Assembly (NCBI GenBank): GCA_038087875.1
Contig: CM075989.1
Coordinates: 22,632,001 to 22,696,000 of the forward strand
Origin: Malacoraja senta
Lineage: Eukaryota
DNA length: 64,000 nucleotides
Direction of reading: 5' to 3'
Both the position numbers and the translations under genes were made by a program. Below, piece by piece: positions 49,278-61,767 of this stretch; the first letter of the stretch is position 1, and each line of letters starts with the position of its first letter. A model generated the notes under the pieces. That model saw only the letters and a list, made by a program, of their open reading frames with translations. It was not told the origin of the DNA and ran no database searches.

Positions 49278-50029
49278 GAATCGACTTTGTACACTCACGT
49301 CTTATAAACAAGCATCTGCAGTTCCTGTTTATTAAATTCACATTGAGGATGGTGGGTATATGGAATGAGCTATCGAGGAGGTAGTTGAGGCAGGTACAAT
49401 AAGACATTTGGACATAGGTAGGAAAAGCTTAAAGAGGTATGGGTCAAATGCAAGCAAATGGGACTAACTTAGAGGAGGCATCTTAGTATGGACAAATTGG
49501 GCCAAAGGGCCTGTTTCTGTGCTGTGTGACTCTATGACTCGAAGGAGTGTCACTATCAAAGTTTTACTGTAATAACCCATGGCCATTACATCTGGTCTGA
49601 CTACAGAGCAACTGAATAGGGATGCCAATCACAAAACAAAAATTAGACAATGCATTTGCGTTAATCACTTGTGTAAGTTTGCACAACATGAAAGTTTAAT
49701 ATTTTTTAATTAGTCTGTAAATTGCACATTCTCAAGAAAATTATTTATGACAAATCTAATAACCAACTGGATATAAATATAGCAGTGTAGCTCAATCCTT
49801 TCAAAATAAATGACCCGTTGGCTCTCTAATCCGATGCGTTTAGCAAGTTAACAGGAATTAAATATTAAAATGCATGGGACGGAAACTAGAGTGAAATAAA
49901 ATAACCAGTTTTCAAAAGCTCAACTTTCATCAGGGCAGGAGACATTGATGGAAAGCGAGAATAGTTCATGGATGTGGGAACATAAGAGTAATGAAGGCTT
50001 CCAATGGCCGTGATTGTTGTTTGGAGGAG

Positions 50030-50480
50030 GTTGCCAGGACTAGAGGGTCTGAGCTGCAGGGAGAGGTTGAGTAGCCTGGGACTCTATTCCATGGAGCGCA
50101 GGATGATCTTATATAGGTGTATAAGATCACAAGAGGAATAGATCGGGTAGATGCACAGAGTCTCTTGCCCAGAGTAGGGGTATCGAGGACCAGAGGACAT
50201 GGGTTTAAGGTGAAGGGGAAAAGATTTCATAGGAATCTGATGGGGTAACTTTTTCACACAAAGGGTGGTGGGTGCATGGAACGAGCTGCCAGAGGAGGTA
50301 GTTGTGGCTGGTACTATCCCAACATTTAAGAAACAGTTAGACGGGTACATGGACAGGACAGGTTTGGAGAGATATGGTCCAAACGCAGGCAGGTGGGACT
50401 AGTGTAGATGGGACATGTTTACCGGTGTAGGCAAGTTGGGCCGAAGGGCCTGTTTCCACACTGTATCACTCTGTCACTCT
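50030..50480 (+). mobile_element. CR1 (HER1-type) 3' fragment
   Basis: LPGLEGLS.RERL..FFTQRVVGAWNELP; 3' end shared with the SINE tail. Confidence 0.85.
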
Positions 50481-52486
50481 AATAGCGTTCAAAAAGGCTC
50501 AAGATATGTCACTAATTATCACTATTGGATTACCACGTTGTGAAGCTGCATGTTTTCAATAACCCATGCTTATATTTTATTCCTTCAAAAAGGCAACATA
50601 TCACGTTTGCTGGCTGGATGTCACTTCCAACTGTTCTGGACAGATAATAACAGACTAACTGTGATCACAGCAACGGGTGACTTGACTGAAAATATCTTGC
50701 ATGATGTTATACTTACGCGCTATACGCAGGGGGATGATGCGATAAGATTTTAGGCCCGTCTGCCAAGCACATGACAAGAGAGCAGTGTTGAACGTTGGTC
50801 TACATGCTAAGTCTGAGGTGTTTGGGCTGCTGGTTGAATCAGTTGTCATTCCTATCCATGGATCAGTATTCCCTGGTTAGTTTGTTAGCTGAGCCCTCTC
50901 ATGCCCGCCGCGTGATGCGGTGCGTTCCCCCCAGTGTTGCCTTCCTTTCTTTGCCATCTGCCGCGTCTCCTGGGCCGCTGCCTGCAGCTACGAAGCCTGT
51001 TTATAATGGACGCCCGTCACCGCAAGCTCATACTCCCCCAACCCATCGTTCCACCAACTGAGACATGCACCATTGATTGTGTGAGCCTCCATCCATGCAT
51101 TCATCGCGTACAGTCAAAACCACTGAAGGAAAAGACAATGTCTTGATAGCTAGCAGCCTTCATCAAACACTGATATTCTTCAAGGTCTGGTTCACAACAC
51201 ATTCCCACCAGTACCTTTAGCCCACTTATTCTCATATAACCGGATGATTGAACTGATTGAAAGATACAACAAACACATTGGTGAGGCCACATTTGGAATA
51301 GTGCAGATAAACACAAAAAGCTGGAGTAACTCAAAGCTGAAGAAGGGCAACATCACCCATTCCTTCTCTCCAGAGATGCTGCCTGTCCCGCTGAGTTACT
51401 CCAGCTTTTTGTGTCTATCTTCGATTTAAACCAGCATCTGCAGTTCTTCCTTACGCAAAAACTCCTCAGTGACTTGGGTTGATTTCAAACCCAAGTCCAG
51501 GGGTGTATATAACCCAGTGGGTCAACTGAACCTTTGGAATATATCAGCTGGCACTCCCAGCTGGGAGAGGGAAGCTCCATGGATGAGAACAAACATCTCC
51601 TTGCCTCTGACACTCAAGCTGAAATGCAGATCAACAGTCGGGCCAAAGGTCCCCTCTTCCTCTGACAGCTGGAAAGGTCTGAAGGAAATGAGTTTGACTT
51701 GTCTCTGCCCAGCTCCTGTTGAATATAAACTACAGCATAGCACCAAACGTAATTTGGCAATTGGCAGTTTCAATCAGAAATGTCACAGGGATAGCTAATG
51801 TGGGAAATTGAAATGTCACGTTGATGCAGTAGGCTGATCTTCGGTGGCTGGGGTTAAGGCATATTTGTCGAGGCAGAGCATCGCAGAACTTTACTCTCAT
51901 GCTGAAGTGTGCTGCACTTTGCTATAAGCACCAGCCTTCACCTTCCAACATCTGAGATTTTAAAATGATTAATATTGATGTTAAATTGACCACTTTATTA
52001 AACATAGGTTACTGAGTGCAGAGCATAACATGGTGTTCTATTAAACCAGACTGACGCCACTATGATTAAAACAACATTTCAACAAAAATGGAATAAATAC
52101 ATTTTTCATACATCCTTAGGATGATATCACTTAGATTGTATTTTATTGGTAATTAGTGGTTAGTTCTTCAGTTGTGCACTGAAAATAAGTGGAAACACAT
52201 TTATCACAAAGCAAATATTCAAATGCTTTCACTCTTTTGGTAAATGGGTACCAGGACTGAAGAAGGGTTTCGGCCCGAAAAGTTGACTATTTCCTTCGCT
52301 CCATAGATGCTGCCTCACCCGCTGAGTTTCTCCAGTATTTTTGTCTACCAGGACTGAAGAGTTGTTTGGAAAATATCTGAGTTCATTCGCTTTCTGAATA
52401 CGCGTTACATCATGGACACAAAGTGCTGGAGTAACTCAGCGGGTCAGGCAGCATCTCAGGAGAAAAAGGACGGTAGTCCTGACACA

Positions 52487-52750
52487 AAACGTCACCTATC
52501 CATGTTCTCCACAGATGCTGCCTGACCCGCTGAGTTACTCCAGCACTCTGTGAAACGTCACCTATCCATGTTCTCCACAGATGCTGCCTGACCCGGTGAG
52601 TTACTCCAGCACTCTGTGAAACGTCACCTATCCATGTTCTCCACAGATGCTGCCTGACCCGGTGAGTTACTCCAGCACTCTGTGAAGCGTCACCTATCCA
52701 TGTTCTCCACACATGCTGCCTGACCTGCTGAGTTACTCCAGCACTTTGTG
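52487..52750 (+). repeat. 4 x 66-bp tandem array derived from the PLE terminal repeat (duplicate at 54096-54359)
   Basis: units start at 52487, 52553, 52619, 52685. Confidence 0.9.
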
Positions 52751-53172
52751 TCCTTTTGTGTAAACGGGCATCTGCAGTTCCTTGCTTCTACATATTACTT
52801 TGTGCTGGTTGATCACAAAGACATTCTCTACCAGTTTCCAATGTTGGATCTTACATAGGATGTAGAAAAGGAGAAAGCCATTTAACCTCCAGTACATTCC
52901 AAAGCTAGAAACGTCCGATGGTTAAGTCAGAAATTAGACTGAGAAAAAGTTAACATTTCTGGTCACTGGCCCTTAATTGGATCTGGGAAAATTTAACGTT
53001 AAATGTGATTTAAGATCACATAGTATCATACAGGTGAGGCAGCATCTGTGGAGGGAAAAGGGCAGATGACTTCTCCAGTTGGGAACCATGGGACAATTGA
53101 AAATACTTACTCTCAGTCTGAATGGACGGAGTGTTGTCAATATATGAAGTTTATCAGGCAAGAGGTTTAGAA

Positions 53173-53610
53173 AGAAAATAGTGTAGTGGTGCCTACTGGT
53201 GCACGCAGGTATCGAACCCGGCGTTCGGAAGCCGCGGGCCACGTGATTCGGGAGGGGCCGCTTGTTTTCGCGCGGTTTCGCTTTCGCGCGTTAGTTCAGC
53301 GCTGACCACCGTTGTGGCCAGACATGTCTAGAGAACCTGTCTACAAGAAACCGAACTTTTGAATAAAGATCTGTTGGAAACTTCAGTGGTCGTTCTTCAG
53401 ACCGCCAAAATAGACACAAAAAGCTGGAGTTACTCAGCGGGTCAAGGCAGCCTCTCTGGAGAGAAGGAATGGGTGAAGTATCGCGTCGAAACATCACAGA
53501 AACGTCACCAATTCCTTCTCTCCAGAGGTGCTGCCCATCCCGCTGAGTTACTCCAGCTTTTTGTGTCTATCTTCGGTTTAAACCAGCATCTGTAGTTCCT
53601 TCCTACACAC
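53173..53610. mobile_element. PLE-derived inverted element with 11-bp TSD, inside a Rex fragment (duplicate at +1609)
   Basis: GAGGTTTAGAA at 53162-53172 and 53611-53621. Confidence 0.8.
53182..53409 (+). mobile_element. probable solo LTR, Gypsy-like
   Basis: starts TGTAGTGGT, ends ACCGCCAAA (imperfect inverse), internal AATAAA, 4-bp TSD ATAG. Confidence 0.65.
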
Positions 53611-54790
53611 GAGGTTTAGAAGTGTGAAAACACACAACATGGTGTTCTATTAAACCAGACTGACGCCACTATGATTAAAACAACATTTCAACAAAAATGG
53701 AATAAATACATTTTTCATACATCCTTAGGATGATATCACTTAGATTGTATTTTATTGGTAATTAGTGGTTAGTTCTTCAGTTGTGCACTGAAAATAAGTG
53801 GAAACACATTTATCACAAAGCAAATATTCAAATGCTTTCACTCTTTTGGTAAATGGGTACCAGGACTGAAGAAGGGTTTCGGCCCGAAAAGTTGACTATT
53901 TCCTTCGCTCCATAGATGCTGCCTCACCCGCTGAGTTTCTCCAGTATTTTTGTCTACCAGGACTGAAGAGTTGTTTGGAAAATATCTGAGTTCATTCGCT
54001 TTCTGAATACGCGTTACATCATGGACACAAAGTGCTGGAGTAACTCAGCGGGTCAGGCAGCATCTCAGGAGAAAAAGGACGGTAGTCCTGACACAAAACG
54101 TCACCTATCCATGTTCTCCACAGATGCTGCCTGACCCGCTGAGTTACTCCAGCACTCTGTGAAACGTCACCTATCCATGTTCTCCACAGATGCTGCCTGA
54201 CCCGGTGAGTTACTCCAGCACTCTGTGAAACGTCACCTATCCATGTTCTCCACAGATGCTGCCTGACCCGGTGAGTTACTCCAGCACTCTGTGAAGCGTC
54301 ACCTATCCATGTTCTCCACACATGCTGCCTGACCTGCTGAGTTACTCCAGCACTTTGTGTCCTTTTGTGTAAACGGGCATCTGCAGTTCCTTGCTTCTAC
54401 ATATTACTTTGTGCTGGTTGATCACAAAGACATTCTCTACCAGTTTCCAATGTTGGATCTTACATAGGATGTAGAAAAGGAGAAAGCCATTTAACCTCCA
54501 GTACATTCCAAAGCTAGAAACGTCCGATGGTTAAGTCAGAAATTAGACTGAGAAAAAGTTAACATTTCTGGTCACTGGCCCTTAATTGGATCTGGGAAAA
54601 TTTAACGTTAAATGTGATTTAAGATCACATAGTATCATACAGGTGAGGCAGCATCTGTGGAGGGAAAAGGGCAGATGACTTCTCCAGTTGGGAACCATGG
54701 GACAATTGAAAATACTTACTCTCAGTCTGAATGGACGGAGTGTTGTCAATATATGAAGTTTATCAGGCAAGAGGTTTAGAAAGAAAATAG

Positions 54791-55018
54791 TGTAGTGGTG
54801 CCTACTGGTGCACGCAGGTATCGAACCCGGCGTTCGGAAGCCGCGGGCCACGTGATTCGGGAGGGGCCGCTTGTTTTCGCGCGGTTTCGCTTTCGCGCGT
54901 TAGTTCAGCGCTGACCACCGTTGTGGCCAGACATGTCTAGAGAACCTGTCTACAAGAAACCGAACTTTTGAATAAAGATCTGTTGGAAACTTCAGTGGTC
55001 GTTCTTCAGACCGCCAAA
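54791..55018 (+). mobile_element. probable solo LTR, duplicated copy
   Basis: identical to 53182-53409. Confidence 0.65.
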
Positions 55019-56654
55019 ATAGACACAAAAAGCTGGAGTTACTCAGCGGGTCAAGGCAGCCTCTCTGGAGAGAAGGAATGGGTGAAGTATCGCGTCGAAA
55101 CATCACAGAAACGTCACCAATTCCTTCTCTCCAGAGGTGCTGCCCATCCCGCTGAGTTACTCCAGCTTTTTGTGTCTATCTTCGGTTTAAACCAGCATCT
55201 GTAGTTCCTTCCTACACACGAGGTTTAGAAGTGTGAAAACACACAACTCCAGATTTAGGGACAATTTCTTCGCAGCTGTTATCAGGCAAATGAACCATCC
55301 TATCACCAACTAGAGAACTACTATATTTACTGGACTTGATCTGGCAGTAAACGTATCGGTTTCAGTTCAGTGTAGTTTATTGTCACCTGTACCGGGGTAC
55401 AGTGAAAAGCTTTTGTTGCGTGCTAACCAGTCAGCGGAAAGACAATACATGATTACAATCGAGCCATTGGCAATGTACGGATACATGATAAGGGAATAAC
55501 GTTTAGTGCAAGGTAAAGCCAGTTAATGCAAGGTATTCCCTTTATCCTGTAACTTTACACTGTGGACGGCTTGATTGTAATCATGTATAATCTTTTCACT
55601 GAGTGGATGGTACGCAAAAAAAACGCGTTTGTAGGATACTGCTAGTATATCGGGTGATCGCTGGTCGGTGGGCCGAAGGGCCTGTTTCCACGCAGCATTG
55701 CTAAATGTTTCACTGAAGCTCGTTACACGTGACAATAAACTAAACTATCAAACCATCAGCTGAATCCAAATGATCTACGTTTTATATACACATTTTACTT
55801 ATGTAAAGGCATGTGAAAGACTGACAAACTTTCATTCCGATGCCTTTGAAACATCAATAGCAGTTTTGGGAGTGGGGTGGCACTTGCGTGTGGGACTCAG
55901 GTTTCCGTTCCTGTGGCTCTCGATTAGTGCGAGAGAGAGACCAAGAGGGTCGCAGGGAAATGCCACAAAAGATGCTGTCAATCCACGGCCCCGATATAAT
56001 TTGCAGAGATGAATGAAGTGTTTTTTAGACTGCCATCGCTCCTGTTCAAATGCATTTGCATCTCTCACAGCCTCTGCCACTTGTATCTGACACCAGCTCT
56101 TCAGGGTAACGTTATGGGGATGATCTCGCTGCTAATCACCTATCACATGTGATGGATTTCTGCAGACTCAGTCCTGACTTGTTAAATTTGGAGCCAAGGC
56201 CTGTGGCTTCATTCCTGCCAGTTATTTATCAAAGATGACAGCTCACAAATATCTCAATCTGGGAGAAGGCACCACGGTGACACCAAGGCTCGGCGTGAAA
56301 TTGCAAGAGTCAGCAGTCAGCATTCATTTCATCAGCGTTGATCCAATCATCAGAGCTCCTTTGACAGTTGGGATTGTGGCTGCTTCTTGGATGACTATCC
56401 AGTGGTCACTTTAATCTATTCTGTGCAGTTCCACGTGAAGCACTGATAGGAAAATGCAAAGGAAAGACCGCCAATGTTTTGTGTGTCTCCAGACTTCTTA
56501 CTAACTTTGTCATTCATCTGGTTCTCAGGATAACACTTGACACCTGAGTGCAATGTTTTAACTCGTTGTTTGAAGCAAGCAAAGGGCCAGGGAACACTGT
56601 TTCAAATGTTTTGTTGCACGTCACTTTACCGTGCTTGGTGGTCGACTTTTTGTT

Positions 56655-56952
56655 TTCGTTTAGATTCGAGATACAGCGCGGAAACAGTTCCACCGAGTCC
56701 GCACTGACCAGCAATCCCCGCGCACTAACACTATCCTCAACACACTAGGGACAATTTACAATTAAATCAACCCAATTGACCTACAGGCCTGTACGTCTTT
56801 GGAATGTGGGAGGAAACCGGAGCACCAAGAAAAACCCAAGCAGGTCACGGGGAGAACGTACGGACTCCGTACAGACAGCACCCGTGGTCAGGATCGAACC
56901 CGGGACTCTGGCGCTGTGAGGCAGCAGCTCTACCGCTGCGCCACCTTGCCGC
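56655..56952 (-). mobile_element. HE1-type V-SINE
   Basis: consensus match. Confidence 0.9.
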
Positions 56953-56988
56953 CCCCTTGACCAATTTTGAACAGAGTAAAGAAACTTT

Positions 56989-57200
56989 TAAGTGTAGGAA
57001 GGAATTCCAGATGCTGGTTTATACCGAAGATGGATACAGAATGCTGGAGTAACTCAGCGGGTCAGGCAGCAACTCTGAGGTTTCAGGTCAGAACCTAAAG
57101 AAAGAGTCTGAAGAAGGGTCCCGACCCGAAACCTCGCCCATTCCTTCTCTCCAGAGGTGCTGCCAGTCGTGCTGAGTTACTCCAGCATTTTGTGTCTATC
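56989..57200. mobile_element. PLE-derived inverted element with 12-bp TSD; hammerhead core at 57108-57135
   Basis: TAAAGAAACTTT at 56977-56988 and 57201-57212; CTGAAGA-A-GGGTC-CC-GACCC-GAAAC-CTC. Confidence 0.85.
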
Positions 57201-59050
57201 TAAAGAAACTTTCAATATGGCCTTCACATGTTTATGGTAACTAGGCAATGGCGTGAACGTGGAGTCTATGTCTATGTAATGCTTCAATTTGGCAGGTCTG
57301 GTTGGAATTGCTGGAGTAACTCAGCAGGACAGGCAGCATCTATGGGGAACATGGATAGGTTACGTTATGGATCGGGACCCTTCTTCTGACTAATTGTGAG
57401 GAGAGGGGGGGAAAGAAAGTTGAGAGAGAAGAGGGGCAGCACAAAGCATGGCTGGACTTTTATTCCCTATTGGAAAGGAATTTTTTCTTAGAGATACAGC
57501 GTGGAAACAGGTTCTTCAGCCCACTGAGCCTGCACTGACCAACAATCACCCTGTACACTAATTCTATCCTAACACACTAGGGACAATTTACAGAAGCCAA
57601 TTAACCTACAAACCCATACGCTTTGTTCCATTAGTAATTTTAAGATAAGGCTATCTCGTATTGAAGCCATATAATTTAATTATTTTGTATTCACGATTGC
57701 TCATAAATGTGGATAATAAATTAAGTAATGATAGATTACGTAATGAATGATAGGCTGAGGTAGATAGATCCTTGATTAGTACGGGTGTCAGGGGTTATGG
57801 GGGAGAACGCAGGAGAATGGGGTTAGGAGGGAGAGATAGATCAGTCATGATTGAATGGCGGAGTAGACTTGATGGGCCGAATGGCCTAATTCTTATCCTA
57901 TCACTTATGAACTCATGAACTTACTTGGCCAAACAATCTTGGTCATAAATGTATCTCTGTAACTTTGTGAAAGTTTCACAGCCCGAAGGATTATTCTAAT
58001 AAATATTAAACTCCCCTAATGACCAATGAGTTAGAAACGGATGCAAATCACTCCCACATAACATGGCTTGCTGGTGAAGGTTTGATTCAGCTGGAGTAGA
58101 GCAATATTGTACACATCTCTAGGTGCCAAAGGATTTTCATTCTAACCCTCCTTCCCGCATAAAGATTTCAGCGGAAGATGCAACTACAGCGAGAAATCTG
58201 ACCTCACTGACTGGCAGAATAGCAGTCCTGTTCACTGAGAGAACAGAACCTTTTCTCCATCAAACTGCAGTTTAAAAGGGTAACGTATAGGCTAACTACA
58301 TAGGCTATTGTTGTTATTATTGTGTAGGAAGGAACTGCAGATGCTGGTTTACACTGGAGATAGACACAAAATGCTGGAGTCACTCAGCGGGTCAACATCT
58401 GTGGAGAGAAGGAGTAGGTGACGTTTCAGTTCGAGACCCATCTTCAGACTCTGTTATTGTTATTCTTGTTGTTATTGAGCTAGATAGGGCTCTTAAAAAT
58501 AGCAGAGTCAGGGGATATGGGGAGAAGGCAGGAACGGGGTACTGATTGGGGATGATCAGCCATGATCACATTGAATGGCGGTGCTGGCTCGAAGGGATGA
58601 ATGGCCAACTCCTGCACCTATTGTCTATTGTCTATTATTGCACTATTATTGGGGGTTTTATGTGTACGTATGTGTGCATGTATATATATATATATATATA
58701 TGTGTGTCGATGTATATATGTGGGTATGTGTAACTTTTTTTCTCGTTTATTATATTGTTAACAGTGTACTATGTTTCCATGTTGTGTTATGCTGCTGCAA
58801 GTAAGGATGTCATTGTTCTATCCAGGACACATGACAATAAAACACTCTTGACTCTGGACTCATGACATTCAAACTCTATCCTTCCTTCCTGAGATAGATC
58901 TGCAACCTTCTAGTAACTCAGTTATAATCTAAAACTTGGGCCTTGGCTGCTCTGTCTGTAAAGATCAAGATCAAGGAAAACTCTCAGCCTCTGAGCCACT
59001 GAATCTCAGCCACATCTGACCCCTCGTTACTGCATTAAGGAAACCACCGT

Positions 59051-59334
59051 GGGCGGTACGGTGGCACTTGCAGCACTGGAGACCCGGGTTCGATCCTGAC
59101 TACGAATATTATCTGTACGGAGTTTGTACCTTCGCCTGCGTGGGTTTTCTCCGAGATCTCCGGTTTCCTCCCACACTCCAAAGACGTACAGGTTGGTAAC
59201 TTAATTGGCTTGCTATAAATGTAAGTTGTCCCTAGTGTGTATAGGATCGTGTTAGTGTGCGGGGATCGGTGGTTGGCGTGGGCTCGGTGGGCCGAAGGAA
59301 CTGTTTCCTCTCTGTATCTCTAAACTAAACTAAA
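59051..59334 (+). mobile_element. HE1-type V-SINE
   Basis: B box, V domain, tail. Confidence 0.85.
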
Positions 59335-59382
59335 CACTTTTCCCAATAAAGAAGGAAAAGATAATTTGTACCTTGGTTATAA

Positions 59383-60496
59383 TGTTGGACATGGGCATTC
59401 ACCTAACCATGTGCCATTGGATTTTACATTTTCTGACAAACAGACAACAAAGAATCAAGGTGGGTGAAAAACTCTCCAGCCCTCTGACTATCAATACAGG
59501 AGCCCCTCAAGGGTGCGTTCTGTCACCTCAGCTCTTCTCACTTTACACCAACAACCTCACATCCCAATGCAGCTCAGTTAAAATTTTCAAATATGCAGAC
59601 GACACGACAATAATTGGCCTCATCTCAGACAACAATGAATCACAATACCATCAAACAGTGGACAGCGCAGTCAAATGGTGCGCAGAAAACAACCTCCAGC
59701 TTAACACCTCAAAAACCTTAGAAACCATCATAGATTTCAGACGCAAACAAAACCTCAAACCCCCGGTCCATGTCAACTCCCATCCCATAACCTCCACGAA
59801 CTTATTTAAGTTTCTGGGCACCTATATCTGCAATAATCTAAAATGGCACATCAATGCTGACCACATCATTAAGAAAGGACAACAACGCCTATACTTCCTC
59901 AGACAGCTCAAGAAGTTCAGAGTCCACAAACACCTCCTGGTACGCTTCTATCAATCCATCATTGAAAGCATCATCACTTCCTCAATCACAGTCTGGTACG
60001 GAAACACTGACAGTCACTCACTACACAGAATACAGCGCATTGTCTCCAAGGCCTCTAGGATCATCAACTCTCCCCTCCCCTCAATCCATTCCATTTACCT
60101 CCAACGTACCTCAAAACGGGCAACAAAGATCATCTCGGACCCCTCCCATCCAGCAAACCACATTTTCCAGTCTCTCCCTTCAGGGAGGCGCCTTAGGTCA
60201 CTTGCTACAAAATCCACCCGTTTTAAAAACAGTTTCTTCCCCTCAGCAATAAGAACACTTAATTCCCTCCAATAACTTTTTGACTTTGATGTATACAGTG
60301 TCTTGTCTATGGTTTTTGTCTGTTCTTTTGCACTATGTATTGTTGGTGAGATTTGTGATTTGTGATGTGCTTTATTATTATGATCTGTGTTGTTATTAGT
60401 GTTAATGTGCTAAAGCAGTGTACCATCATGTACCGAACCCAATTACCACCAACCCTGGTCGTGTGGCAAATAAAGTTTCTATTCTATTCTATTCTA
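59383..60496 (+). mobile_element. Rex1/Babar LINE, 5'-truncated, reading frame open to 60275
   Basis: WILHFLTNRQQ, TGAPQGCVLSP, YADDTT, KKGQQRLYFLRQLKK, LPSGRR; AATAAA and (TTCTA)n tail. Confidence 0.92.
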
Positions 60497-60530
60497 ATGA
60501 AGAGCTCACCATCCATACGGCAATGTTCAA

Positions 60531-60684
60531 GAAAGAACTGCAGATGCTGGTTTAAATCAAAGGTAGACACAAAATGCTGGAGTAACTCAGCGGGTGAGGC
60601 AGCATCTCTGTTTTAAATCAAAGGTCTACCTTCAGCCAGAGATGCTGCCTCACCCGCTGAGTTACTCCAGCATTTTGTGTCTAT
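60531..60684. mobile_element. PLE-derived inverted element with 13-bp TSD, no hammerhead core
   Basis: CGGCAATGTTCAA at 60518-60530 and 60685-60697. Confidence 0.85.
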
Positions 60685-60916
60685 CGGCAATGTTCAATGT
60701 CTCTTCACCTTGGACAATAAACAACAAGATTATGATATGGACCAAGTAGCATAATGTCACCCATGGCTAAGCATCTAAAATAACGTCTCCTGCTCTTAAG
60801 TCTGCATCAAATGATAAATGATGGCATTGAGGTACAGTGTCAAGTCGTACTTTGAAAATTAGATTAATAGACAAAAGTTGGAAAAGTCCAAAGATAGAGA
60901 ACACATATTTACTCTT

Positions 60917-61057
60917 GTGTAGGAAGGAACTGCAGATGCTGGTTTAAACCAAAGATAGACACAAAAAGCTGGAGTAACTCAGCGGGACAGGCAGCATCTC
61001 TGGAGAGAAGGAATGGGTGACGTTTCGGGACGAGACCCTTCTTCAAACTTCAGACAG
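60917..61057 (-). mobile_element. PLE-derived element with 14-bp TSD
   Basis: ACATATTTACTCTT at 60903-60916 and 61058-61071. Confidence 0.85.
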
Positions 61058-61767
61058 ACATATTTACTCTTCCCTTGTCGCTTGCCTCAATGCTGAGAAC
61101 TATATTATTTCTCCCTGTATCGTTCCCTTTGCTCTGTATAGAGTCATAGAGTCAAACAGCGTGGAAACAGGCCCATCGGCCCAACTTGCCCACACTGACC
61201 AACATGTCCAATCTGCACCAGTCCCACCTGCCTACGTTTGGCCCAAATCCCTCTAAACCTGTCCTATCCATGTACCTGTCTAAATATTTCTTAAACCTTG
61301 TGATAAGTTGGCCCAGGATGTAGGGAGTGGATAAGATAACATAGAACTAGAGTGAATGGTGGTCAATAGGTGGCGTGGACTCAGTGGGCCGAGAGCCTGT
61401 TAATATTGCTGTATCTTTCAATCAATTTAATTCATAAAAGGGATATTCCAAACAAGGGAAACAAACTAGAACGTGATTTCCTGACAAGTCAAGTCACAAT
61501 GGAATTTAATAAATTATTAACCATTTCGAAATCCATATGCATAGCTTCAAAATGTCAAGTACATGCATATACCTGCACCGACCCCAAGTTCAAAGTAACA
61601 ACAGAAAACTATGCCCTAGAAAATTGCACCAGGTGTAATGAGGCCGGTTAAAGTCTGTAACTGGGCTGATGTTGTGTGGGTTCATGCTGTGGCTTTTATC
61701 TGGATAAGCAAAGTATTATTTAATACACAAATAACTAAGATAAACACTGTGAGGAGTGTCTATAAAT

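Larger units (their letters stand above)
52027..55244. repeat. tandem duplication, 2 x 1609 bp
   Basis: copy 1 52027-53635, copy 2 53636-55244; identical ORF translations at +1609; AAC microhomology at the junction. Confidence 0.95.

Noticed and set aside
50880..51060. GC-rich patch as a coding exon
   Set aside because: No convincing splice sites or recognisable peptide in any frame
52410..52712. Repetitive protein ORF (MWRTWIGD...) and its duplicate at 54019
   Set aside because: Open only because the 66-bp unit is a multiple of three; antisense of a non-coding repeat
52487..52750. CRISPR-like array
   Set aside because: Units are contiguous 66-bp repeats with no unique spacers, derive from a eukaryotic retroelement end, and no cas genes are present
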